From contig NC_057719.1 of the NCBI RefSeq assembly GCF_004010195.1, positions 41,239,129 to 41,303,128 of the forward strand: DNA of 64,000 bases, in the 5' to 3' direction. The notes beneath the pieces are model-generated. The model had not been told where the DNA came from and searched no databases. It saw only the letters and a list, made by a program, of their open reading frames with translations. The DNA is from Chiloscyllium plagiosum (lineage: Eukaryota). Shown piece after piece: positions 23,669-35,910 of this stretch. The translations under genes and the position numbers were made by a program. The first letter of the stretch is position 1. Every line of letters begins with the position of its first letter.

Positions 23669-26627
23669 CCATGAAGCACAAATTGTAACAATTTCTACAA
23701 TAGTAATGGATGCATACTTCAAGAAAAAAAATTAAAAGATTATGGTATAAGGCAGAAAAATGAGATTAATCAGATAACTCTTTTTGAAAGCCTGCATTAG
23801 TGATCAATTTGTCTCTTTTGGTACTGTGGAAATGAATGGATGAGTGAATTCACTCCACTTTGTCTCCATTTCTATGACCTGATCTGCATTTACACTGATT
23901 GGCTATTCTGTTGTGGTCCTAATATAGTTTTTTGCTTTGTCTCCTTCATTAATAAATTGCTTCAATTACTTGCTAATTTAAAATAGTAGGTGGAAAACAG
24001 TAAAAGGAAAGCTAATATTTGGATCTCCACGACTTGTGTTACATGCATAAGAGAAAGCAGTTTCTCCAATTACCTTAGCGGGCCTCATGAATTCTGGGAG
24101 TGTACTGTCCTCATAACTCAGGGTCACTCGAAACGTTAACTCTGATTTCTCGCCCTAGAGGTTGCGAGGACTGCTGAGCTTTTGCAGTAATTTCTAAATA
24201 TGTCTTTTCTTTTTATTGGTAAAGGGAGAAAGAGGAACGTTGACCAGGTCACAGGGAACACTCCCATGTTATTCTTTGACCTTTGGGCTGAACCACTGGT
24301 TTAGGTCTTAATCTCACATATTATACAAAGCAGATTTTCTCCTGTGTTGTGCTGGAATGTCATCCCAGATTATACAATCAAAACTATGTAATGTGGGACT
24401 TCAACACATAACCTTCAAACTCATGGGAAGCATTATCTACTGAAGCACTTTACAAAGCAAGCTGAGCCAAGTCAAAACTGGTGCTTTATACAAGTGGCAC
24501 ATGAAGATGACTCAGATAAAACTACTTGTCTTTTAATATTGGCAGCTGACTTTCACAATAGTAAGAAGACACAAAAACATTTGCTTTGCATCTTATAATG
24601 AGATATTTTTATGATGAGATAGTTGAGATAGTGACCACTTTACAAATGTCAAGCAACAGCACTGAGTTACACACAAACAGGTAATTCAGCTATCACAATT
24701 TCTGAACAAGGTGCACACATTTAAAACCTTTCTCCCAGAGATTTTACTGCGCATAGGTAAAAAATCAGATTGTAAGCCATGTGCCATGAACATTAAAAGC
24801 ATTGATATTGTTTACTTTGTCTTCTCGTATGAACGAACTATGTAATTACTGAAGCCAACTTATGTTACTCAATAACCAAAATGAAGCATGAGATAGTAGG
24901 TAACCTTTTAAATTCTAATCAGCCAATATTTACAGGAGAAAGTGTGACAGCACTTTGAAATAAAAAATAAATTAAATTGACTCGCATTCTGCTTTTGTTG
25001 CATGTCAATTCTGATTTCATGAATATCCCTGAGAACTTATTTTACACTGCTTTAATAATTAATACTGCCAGGTCTTACAACTACTCAAAAGGAATGATAG
25101 AATTTTAATCCATCCTCGTGACTTTATATAATCATTGTATTTTACTTCATCCCGAATATGATGCCCAGTGGGTATAAAATATACATTTTCTGTTTCATCT
25201 ATTAACACACAGGTAATTTCTTCTGATGCCCTGAGATTTGCATATTCTTTTATCTTACCACTGCATAGTGAATACAGATTATTTAGTATATGTTTTGAAG
25301 GAACGCTAAACAGGAGGCATTTTAGCACCACAAGGGTCTCTCAAATATTCAAATGAGGACAATCTCCATGGTGATGATACTTGGTAACAATACTGGTCAG
25401 TCCATACAGCTGGGACACATTGTGACCTTACACTGAACAAATTCTGATGGGAGTTGTTGATGAAAGCTATTGATTTCAGTTTTATTTTCTGATCACTGGA
25501 TTTAAAGCCTTGGCATTTACGATGATAATATATAGAATTTTCTTATATTCATTCCACGTAGCTTAACTTTATTGACCAAGAGGAATTTGGAAAATACAAA
25601 ATGATTGTGAAATGGACAGCTCTTAATGGTCCTTTCTAAGGGTTAATTTGAACATAAGATGATGTTATGATTAGGGTGAGATCAGCACATTGTCAGTTAT
25701 ACACTGCACCCAACATACATTAAAATCAGAGGAAATAAAATCATCTGCAACAATAGGCTGACCTGATATCAGACATTCTAAATTACTCGGGAAATTTAAA
25801 ATGAACACAGTTATAAGCTCGTGGGAGTCTATCTGTGTTATGTCTTTTTTGAACTAGCTGTAAGATGGGTACCTGGAGCGAGTGCATCAAAGTGGAAGTC
25901 ACATGACTACAGAAAACTAGGTGGCACATTAGTACATTCTATCCCAAACATCCCCTTTTCATACAAGAAGAAAACACCAAAAATATTTGTGTTATTGTGT
26001 TATCTTCAACATTGTGAGTCATCTGACTCACCCATTATGGACACCACTGTTCTCATACATTCACAGTTTATTATTCTCTTCTGTTTCTGTGTCTGCACTG
26101 CATACATTTAAATCAGGACAGTCTCATCATGATACATATGTGCATTAATGTTCATCCAGGCAATGTTCCTTTTTTAGGGCATGTCATTTCCATGTCACTT
26201 ACTGTTTACCATGGTAGCTGTTGTTATTCCATTTCTGTTGTTGAGGGCTGAGAGTTGATCTGTGGTTGTGCAGGTGGGTAAGTCCACAACTTCCTAAATA
26301 GCTGCCTGAAGTGAAAAACAGCTTCTCCAGTTGCGTGTATGTGCCTGCAGTTGGTATGCTATATCTGATTGTTCACTTCCACCATGTACGATCAAGGTAA
26401 CAATAGCTCTACACAGGTCCCAAGTTGCCACTTGGGCTGAGTATTGTTGAGAGTATTTAAATTTGATTTTTTTCACTGATGCCTCTTCTTACCTTTGGCT
26501 TTCATAGCAAGTATTGCTACTGGAAAAGGTAGCTTGGAAGCAATGTGATATTTGGCTTTGTACTCGATTACATTCCATACGATCAGTGGGTACACTTTTC
26601 CACTGGAGGATTGCCTGGAACATCCTG

Positions 26628-26760
26628 TGCTGGAACAACAAGGAACCTCAGCAGATCCAGCAGGAGCTGTGGAACAACAGGGAACCTCAGCAGATCCAGC
26701 AGGAGCTGTGGAACTACAGGGAACCTCCGCAGATCCAGCAGGATCTGTGGAGAGAGGAAC
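26628..26760 (+). repeat. 39-bp tandem repeat (~3.3 units)
   Basis: Unit gtggaacaacagggaacctcagcagatccagcaggagct. Confidence 0.95.
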
Positions 26761-26910
26761 ATAGAACATAGAACATTATAGCGCAGTACAGGCCCTTCGG
26801 CCCTCGATGTTGCGCCGACCTGTCATACCAATCTGAAGCCCATCTAACCTACATTATTCCATGTATGTCCATATGCTTGTCCAATGGCGACTTAAATGTT
26901 CTTAAAGTTG
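26757..26910 (-). mobile_element. CR1 3' end, near-identical to 27118-27271
   Basis: (ATAGAAC)n tail; direct comparison of the two copies. Confidence 0.9.
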
Positions 26911-27113
26911 CTCGGATGCTGCCTGAATGGCTGCGCTTTTCCAGCAACACACTCTTCGACATTGATGGAAGTGTGCTGCTGTTTGGAACAGGATAGCTTA
27001 ACGTGGGCCTGACAGTTGTGTTTGTGAATGTGATAATTGTATGCAATACTCAGCTGTAATTTACATCGGTTGGATCGTTCAATACCACATTTCCCATGCC
27101 TTGTTTCTTATGT

Positions 27114-29140
27114 TATAGAATATAGAACATAGAACATTACAGCGCAGTACAGGCCCTTCGGCCCTCGATGTTGCGCCGACCTGTCATACCAATCTGAAGC
27201 CCATCTAACCTACATTATTCCATGTATGTCCATATGCTTGTCCAATGGCGACTTAAATGTTCTTAAAGTTGGCGAATCTACTACCGTTGTAGGCAAAGCA
27301 TTCCATTCCCTTACTACTCTTTGAGTAAAGAAACTATCTCTGACATCTGTCCTATATCTATCACCCCTCAATTTAAAGCTATGCCCCCTCGTGTTCGCCA
27401 TCACCATACTTGAAAAAAGGCTCTCCCTGTCCACCCTATCTAACCCTCTAATTATCTTTCATGTCTCTATTAAGCCACCCCTCAACCTTCTGTCTAATGA
27501 AAACAACCTCTAGTCCCTCAGCCTTTCCTCATAAGATCTTCCCTCCATACCAGGCAACATCCTAGTAAATCTCCTCTGCACCCTTTCCAAAGCTTCCACA
27601 TCTTTCCTATAATGGGGTGACCAGAACTGTACACAATACTCCAAGTGTGGCCGCACCAGAGTTTTGTACAGCTGTAGCATAACCTCATGGTTCCGGAACT
27701 CGATCCCTCTATTAATAAAAGCAAAAACACTGTATGCCTTCTTAACAACCCTATCAACCTGGGTGGCAAATTTCAAGGATCTGTGTACCTGGACACCGAG
27801 AGCTCTCTGCCCATCTACACTACCAAGAATCTTACCATTAGCTCAGTACTTTGCATTCCGGTTACTCCGACCAAGGTGAATCACCTCACACTTGCCCGCA
27901 TTAAACTCCATTTGCCAGCTCTCAGCCCAGCTCTGCAGCTTATCTATGTCTCTCTGTAACCTACAACATCCTTCGTCACTATCCACAACTCCACTGACCT
28001 TAGTGTCATCTGCAAATTTACTAACCCACCATTCTACACCCTCATCCAGGTCGTTTATAAAAATGACGAACAGCAGTGGACCCAACATCGACCCTTGCGG
28101 TACACCACTAGTAACTGAACACTTCCCATCAACCACCACCCTCTGTCTTCTTTCAACAAGCCAATTACTGATCTAAACTGCTATATCTCCCATAATTCCA
28201 TTCCTCTGCATTTTGTACAATAGCCTACTGTGGGGAACCTTATCGAACGCCTTGCTGAAATCCATATTTTTCACATCAACTGGTTTACTCTCATCTACCT
28301 GTTTGGTCACCTTCTCAAAGAACTCAATGAGGTTTGTGAGGCATGACCTACCTTTCACAAAACCATGCTGACTATCCCTAATCAAATTATTCTTTTCTGG
28401 ATGATTATGATTCCTATCTCTTATAACCTTTTACAACACTTTACCAACAACTGAAGTAAGGCTCACTGGTCTATAATTACCAGGATTGTCTCTAATCCCC
28501 TTCTTGAACAGGGGAACCACATTTGCTATCCTCCAGTCTTCTGGCACTATTCCCGTAGACAATGACAATTTAAAAATCAATGCCAAAGGCTCAGCAATCT
28601 CTTCCCTCGCTTCCCAGAGGATCCTAGGATAAATCCCATCTGGCCCAGGGGACTTATCTATTTTCACACTCTGCAGGATTTCTAACACCTCTTCCTTGTG
28701 AACCTCAATCCCATCCAGTCTGGTAGCCTGTATCTCAGTATTCTCCTCGACAACATTGTCGTTTTCTAGAGTGAATATTGTCGAAAAATATTCATTAAGT
28801 GCTTCCCCTATCTCCTCTGACTCCACACACCACTTCCCACTATTATTCTTGATTGGCCCTAATCTTACTCTCGTCATTCTTTTATTCCTTAAATACCTAT
28901 AGAAAACCTTAGGGTTTACCCTGATCCTATCTGCCAACTTCTCATGTCTCCTCCTGGCTCTTCTGAGCTCTCTCTTTAGGTCTTTCCTGGCTACCTTGTA
29001 ACCCTCAAGCGCCCTAACTGAGCCTTCATATCTCATCCTAACATAAGCCTTCTTCTTCCTCTTGACCAGAGATTCCACTTCCTTCGTAAACTGCGCTCTA
29101 CAGCTTCCTCCCTGCCTGACAGGCACATACTTATCTAGGA
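27114..29140 (-). mobile_element. Young 5'-truncated CR1 LINE ORF2
   Basis: [51 protein letters not shown]; few disablements. Confidence 0.97.
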
Positions 29141-30559
29141 AGCAGAGTTAACATTTTGAGTCCAGTATAACTCTTCTCTGACATCTTTATGATTCTTCTA
29201 GTAATTTTCATTGTTGCCTTAGCTTCTCCATTTCACTGGGGCTACCATGAAAATTATGTGTGGTGTTGCATTTCCCAATCTTTTATGAAGTGACTAAATT
29301 CTTTGCTCATGAACTAAGGGTCATTATCCCTCATCACATTTTCTAGAAAGCCATTAATGACTGAATTGTGTTTTTGGGCATTTTATAATCTGATTAGTAT
29401 TCATTGAAGACATCTGGTCCACTCCTTTATGGTCAGAATACTAATTTACAGTGACAGGATAATCTGATCCTGCAGTCCGTCTGGGGTGCCACGTATCTTT
29501 AGTGTCTCCCTAGTTTGGTTAACTTGGTACTCATTATTAACAGTGCCTTGGCCTTTGTGGTACTTGACTTCATTGTTCGTTTGGTCTCTTATGTTTCTAA
29601 GACTTGACTTAATTCCTTGGTATCTTTCATGGCTGCACTTTAGCATCTCTCTTCTCAACTCCCTAGAGATAATGACTCGATTTCCTTTATACTACATGTC
29701 AGTTTTGGCTGTCAGCTCATCTCTGTATGCCCAAAATGTTCTGTCAGCACAGGAGAGACCTTGATGATTTTAGACCATTTCTTCATTACTACTTCTAGCA
29801 AAACTCGGAGAACTGCTCTTGTTGGGTGGTTCGCTTGACTTGAGCAAGTCACCTGTTTGCTGGATTTAATTTCTTGGATGGATTAATGACTTCAAAAGCA
29901 TGTCATTCTGCTGCTTCAGGTTGGATCTGAAAGATTTCACATTCTATTGTAGCATCTTCTACTCACTTAATTTTGTCGGTACATATTCTCAACACTCCAG
30001 GTTGTTTCACTGCTACCAGGCTGTTAATCCATTCTGGAGGAGCTGTCATTTGTTTTTGATAACTTTCTTTTGTTCAAGGTCCACTATCTTGTTTATCAAA
30101 TTGGCCTTGAGGGCAGCTGGATGCTGAATTGGTCTTTCACTCTCATTCACATTGAATGATATTCTATAGGAAGACATCTTAACATTGTAAATACATCATT
30201 GTACTCCTCCAGGATCTGTTCCACTGCCAATAGTTCAACATGTTGCGCCAAGTTGCAAATTTCTTTTTGCATATTGAGTGCTATCTGTCCAAGCTTTAGA
30301 CTTGTACTGGCTGTGATGACTGACTTTTGCTTGCTGTCTATGATCTGTAACCTGAAAACTTCTTTGTGTCTCCCTCACCTTGAACTTCCACAGGCTGAGG
30401 TTAAACTTTCTGGAGTGTCCTAAGTGGAGACTTCTGGGGGGGAGCTGTATGCGATTCCTCCTCTGTTCACCTGTCTACTGACACCTGGAGGGGATTCGAT
30501 GTCCTTCATCCCTCTGCCACCTTGTCGGTGCTGCTGTGAGATAAAATGATTGTGAGGTA

Positions 30560-31270
30560 GCAGAGAAAAGATGGACGGACTTGCCCTGGCAGAGAGGAGA
30601 AGGTCATTGACCTTCTTGCTATACAACTGGGCATTGCTCCAGACTGTGGAAAGAGCAGTCATTAAGGAGGCAAATTTAGACCAGGATGGCAGGGTCTGGT
30701 ATTGTGGCCTCCTCTGTCAATTCTAGTGGTGAAGGATGGTGCCAATCTACACCACCCCATCCACCAGCCTCCAGGTCCCTGATCACAAATGGCTAGAGTA
30801 ATGGAATGCAAGTCCATTCACATTTCCAGCAGACTTGGGCCAGCTGGACCTAGCTCTCCATTGGCAGCTACGTCTCTGGCCATGAAGGCAGCCGGGTGCT
30901 TACATCCCAGGGATAGCAGGATCCTAACCATGCTGCAACAGTCCTTCAAGCTCTAATAATTATTTCAACTGCTCTAGAGTCAGTTTGTGTTTTTGAATGA
31001 AATTGTTAGTTGCCGTCATGATGAGATCCTCTCCCCACTGGGGATGAGCAGGTGCCAGGGACCCCAGTCATTTCTTCCTTGACTAGCAGAGGAGATGTGG
31101 CAGTGAAGTGCTCACCAGAAGTGCTCCTGATCCTTATCACCGAGAGGTCAGGATCTGATCTGGTGCAGGAAGTAGTCCTGCCATTGCATTCCAAGAGGAA
31201 TCTGTGGCATCTTGCTCAGAAGTGGAGGAGGGCAAATGTTATTGGACTGGCCTTTTTGCCACAGTGACCA
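30560..31270. mobile_element. Harbinger-like remnant (Myb/SANT on the - strand)
   Basis: VWSNAQLYSKKVNDLLLSAR, similar to 20300-20400. Confidence 0.55.
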
Positions 31271-31409
31271 TGTTGATTCTGCAGGAGGCAAAATATAGAA
31301 TGTGTAAAGAACAAGGAGTAGAAATTCAGGTTACCTTCACAGTAATGAAAATGGGAGAACAGCATAGTGCTGTGAGGCAACAGTGCTAACTACTGAGCCA
31401 CTGTGCCTA

Positions 31410-31880
31410 CTCGCCTTATTTCAGGAAGGATATTATTGCCAGAGAGAGAGTGCAACAAAGGTTCACCAGACTTATCCCAAGATGGGAGAGTGTTCTACAA
31501 AGAGAGATTGGGCAAACCGAGCCTGTCTTCTTAAATTTTCAGAGAATCAGAGGTGACCTCATTGAAAATTACATCGTATTGAAAGAGATAAACTGTGTAG
31601 ATGCAGGTTTGGCAGCTTCACAACCAGGGGCGCAATTTAAAAATAAGTGGACTGCCATTCAGATCTGAGATGATGAGAAATTTTACTTTAATCCGAGGGT
31701 TGTGCATTTTCTAAATTTTCTAACACAGAGGACTGTGGAAGCTAAGAATTTGAGTATGTTTAAAGCAGAGATGAAGAGATTTCTGATTACCAGTGCCAAA
31801 CAAGTTTTATGGGATTAGAGTAGGGAAAAGGCATTGAAAAAAATCAATTGGCTATGATTGTACTGAGTGGTTCCTATGAT
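31410..31880 (+). mobile_element. CR1 LINE 3' part preceded by an HE1 head fragment
   Basis: QQRFTRLIP..RIRGDLIE. Confidence 0.8.
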
Positions 31881-33579
31881 CCAGAGCATCATGGAGAGAA
31901 ACCCTCCATGGATCTCAAAAAAAAAAGATAGTTGATTTCTGGTAAGGTTTTTTTTTAATGAAACTCTTCACAATCTTTTCCAACACCTATCCACCATGAG
32001 CTTGGAATCCAAACTCTTAAAATGATAAATCACAAACTTTTCATTACACTGACCTCTCAATCCCTGTAAAATTATGCTTTATTAATGCTGAAGTTTTAAT
32101 TTTAGTTTTGCTATGAATTACAAATCAATTCCACATGTTGTTTACCTGGTACAAGAACCATTCATCAGGATGACTGACAGTTATGGGACTAAAATGTCAC
32201 CTTGCAGCTTTCTGCAACTTTATTAAATCTAGATAGTATAGCAGATAATATTATCAAGGTTGTGCTGTTGGTGTAATCTTCCCTACCTTCATTTCATCAA
32301 TATTTTTCAACTAGTCAAGTCGCTATGCTGATAGCTTGAACTTTTGAAATTGCCCTTTTCAACTTATAAAATTGTCTTTTGCCATTTTCATTGGCATTAA
32401 TCCTATCCTGCCAGAGTTGAAACTGGAGAAATGCAGGTTTGTCTTCCATTGTTACATTCCCTGGATTATGTTATTGAGTCAATAGGTGTTGGATGGTGTG
32501 AGTGAACTTTGATATGTAAGGAGTGGAGGATCTGTTCATGTGAGATGATGCCATTGAACCTGAGAAATATTCACTGCAGATCCCTAAGCTTGTAACATCT
32601 GCCTTTTGGATTGATTTTAATTTTCAATTTGATTGGTGCTTGTCTCTACTATCACTGTAATACAGACCTATTTTGATAAAGTAGTACAAATGCAGACTGA
32701 AGCAAAAAGGGTTGACACATTGCTGGAGCTAGCACTCCAACTTATGCATGTGAATGATTTTATATTCCCAGCTGTTAGGCTCTAGGCTGGGCAGCACACC
32801 AGGTGAACAAGTTAGACTTGACACTTCATTTGTCTTTTCTGAGAAAGGTCCATCTCCTATTGTTTGATCTCAAAGCACCATATGCATTCGGCAGTCTAAA
32901 GCAATCTGTAGCTGAAGTAAAAAATTACAAAGAGCAGGTTGAAAGAATAAAAAATGAAAATCTTAATTCATCCTTGATGTTAATCATTGTTACTACGTGA
33001 TATAGTTATGATGCAGAATACTAATAATTCTATTTATGATCAAAATATTATTTGTTAAAATCACAATGCTTGATATAAAAATATATACTTTAGTATCATA
33101 ATTATAGAAACAATACATTTCAATGTGAAAAGAGACATAAGCAAATATTGTTGAATCTTCAACTGACTAGTAATAGGTATCTGTAAAGTATTTACTTCAT
33201 ATTTTTTATTGTAGGTATGTATGCACTTGATCTGTGAGATTTTGCTTCTAAAATCCATAATCATTACACAAGTAAACAGGCTAAGGTATAAGTGAGACTA
33301 GAACTGGCTACACCAGGGGACTGAATATTCACAGAGATTGAGAGCCTTGCCATTATTATAAAAATGACAGCAATGGCAGAAATTTATATGTCTTACATGT
33401 GCAGGCTCCAATTTTGCAAGGTAGGCTAATGGGAGCTTGTTCTAATTTGCACATTCATGCTTCACACAGGCAACTGCATATGTTAAAGTACAACTGCCTC
33501 AGGCTGATATGATTTTCATTAGTAAGAGTCCAAGGCATGACTTGTGCACTTGAAACCTGATAGGCAAAGGCCTAAAGCT

Positions 33580-33745
33580 GTTGGAGTTCCTTGGAGAGGT
33601 CGGGTGCCTTTTGAGAGAGGTAGTGTATTCTTTTGGACATCATCCTGCTGCAACATTTGAGAAACTCAGGTGATCTTTCGGAGAGCATAGGTACCCTTTT
33701 GGGAAGATCAGGCGGCCTTTGTGAAAGGTCAATTGCCCTTTGAAA
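33580..33745 (+). repeat. Decayed ~21-bp tandem repeat
   Basis: Recurring ggtgccttttg(a/g)gagaggtc-like units. Confidence 0.55.
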
Positions 33746-34858
33746 TGATACTATGAATGCGAATGCTAATTTGTATTAAAGGAAATTAAATGAATGGAGT
33801 AGGAACTTATTAGTAAGAGTGTTTTAAAAGAGTGAATTGATCTATTGAGACTTAAGAACTTTATTTAATCTCAGAATGGGTCCTGAAGTCTGCCCATGGT
33901 GGATATTGGGTAAGTTGGCATATTTTATGTAAAGATAAAGGTGCTGAGTGTGGTATGCATGAGTTGATAGGTATTAGCAGTAAATTTGGATAGTGGGGGT
34001 CATCATAGGAGCATAGGTTAGATTTGGAGGATATGTGGGGCCATTGGGTTTAGGCAGAGGGGCATTGGTAGACGTGGAATTTGGCTTAGGCAAAGGGATA
34101 TGGGCTGGCATCTAAGATATGGGGGATATGGGGTAGATTGGAGCATGAGGTGGCATGGGTTGTCATGAATAGAATAGTAGGACTGTATGGGTGCTCATGA
34201 GGGAATGTGAAGGGCGAGGGCAAGAAGGTTATTTTTGTATTATTGTTTTCGCTCATTTCTATGACAAAGTGCCAAGGTCTGTCTTTTAACCAACCTGTCT
34301 CTGCACCCACAAGCTTCTGCATTTATTGGAAGTTACCAAGCATTGCATCTGTTTGCACCTGCCTCTGTCACTCCTGAACCAAAATCTGCACTGGAAAGGC
34401 ACATTTTCTCCTGATCTGAGAACGAAAATTCCAGCCTAGTTCTCCACTCCTCTCTGATAGAGTCATAGAGTGATAGAGTCATAGAGATGTACAGCATGGA
34501 AACAGACCCTTTGGTCCAGCCCGTCCATGCCGACCAGATATCCCAACCCAATCTAGTCCCACCTGCCAGCACCCGGCCCATATCCCTCCAAACCCTTCCT
34601 ATTTATATACCCATCTAAACACCTTCTAAATCTTGCAATTGTACCAGCCTCCACCACTTCCTCTGGCAGCTCATTCCATACACGTACCACCCCTTTTATA
34701 TCTTTCCCCTCTCACCCTAAACCTATGCCCTCTAGTTCTGGACTCCCCAACCCCAGGGAAAAGACTTTGCCTATTTACCCTATCCATGCCCCTCATAATT
34801 TTGTAAACTTCCATAAGGTCACCCATCAGCCTCCGACGCTCCAGGGAAAACAGCCCCT

Positions 34859-35910
34859 TCAAAGTTTGTGAGAAGATTTGTAGCAAAACAGCCCCTTCAA
34901 AGTTTGTGAGAAGATTTGTAGCTCGGTGCTGGTTGCTGTGGTTCTGTTCGCCGAGCTGGAAGTTTTTGTTGCAAACGTTTCGTCCCCTGTCTAGGTGACA
35001 TCCTCATTGCTTGGGAGCCTCCTGTGAAGCGCTTCTGTGGTGTTTCCTCCGACATTTATAGTGGCCTGTCCCTGCCGCTTCCGGTTGTCAGATTCAGCTG
35101 TCCGCTGTAGTGGCCGGTATATTGGGTCCAGGTCGATGTGTTTGTTGATGGAGTTTGTGGATGAGTGCCATGCTTCTAGGAATTCCCTGGCTGTTCTTTG
35201 TTTCGCTTGCCCTATAATGGTAGTATTGTCCCAGTCAAATTCATGTTGCTTGTCGTCTGCGTGTGTGGCTACTAGGGATAGCTGGTCGTGTCGTTTCGTG
35301 GCTAGTTGATGTTCGTGGATGCGGATCGTTAGCTGTCTTCCTGTTTGTCCTATATACACCAGAACTGCAAAAAGAGGAAGAGGAACACCTATACAAGATA
35401 TTCGATTCTTCTGCCATTTCTTTGTTCCCCATAATATATTCCCCTGTTGCTGTGGTTCTGTTCGCCGAGCTGGATGTTTTTGTTGCAAACGTTTCGTCCC
35501 CTGTCTAGGTGATATCCTCAGTGCTTGGGAGCCTCCTGTGAAGTGCTTCTGTGGTGTTTCCTCCGGCATTTATAGTGGCATGTCCCTGCCCCTTCCGGTT
35601 TTCAGTTTCAGCTGTCCGCTGTAGTGGTTGGTATATTGGGTCCAGGTCGATGTGTTTGTTGATGGAGTTTGTTGAGTGGATCATCCACAAACTCCATCGG
35701 CAAACACATCGACCTGGACCCAATATACCGGCCACTACAGCGGACAGCTGAAACTGACAACCGGAAGCGGCAGGGACAGGCCACTATAAATGCCGGGGGA
35801 AACACCACAGAAGCGCTTCACAGGAGGCTCCCAAGCACTGAGGTTGTCACCGAGACAGGGGACGAAACGTTTGCAACAAAAACTTCCAGCTCGGCGAACA
35901 GAACCACAGC
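34859..35910 (-). mobile_element. Poseidon-type Penelope element: GIY-YIG end with tandem and inverted termini
   Basis: YIGQTGRQLTIRIHEH..HEFDWDNTTII..REFLEAWH; TSD aaaacagcccct. Confidence 0.9.
35485..35524 (-). ncRNA. Minimal hammerhead ribozyme core (Poseidon-type PLE)
   Basis: GCA-CTGAGGA-T-atcacctagacaggggac-GAAA-CGTT-TGC: stem I GCA/UGC, CUGANGA, stem II, GAAA. Confidence 0.55.

Larger units (their letters stand above)
26110..30420 (-). mobile_element. Decayed Gypsy/Ty3 LTR retrotransposon pol, split by nested insertions
   Basis: RT: PAALKANL..PPEWINSLVAVKQPGVLRICTD (~29980-30130); integrase: DNDP*FMSKEF..PQ*NGEAKATMKI (~29180-29330), continuing as AILQWKSVPTD (~26560-26620). Confidence 0.75.

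Noticed and set aside
26473..26781. Four overlapping ORFs as coding sequence
   Set aside because: Explained by a stop-poor 39-bp tandem repeat next to Gypsy remnants
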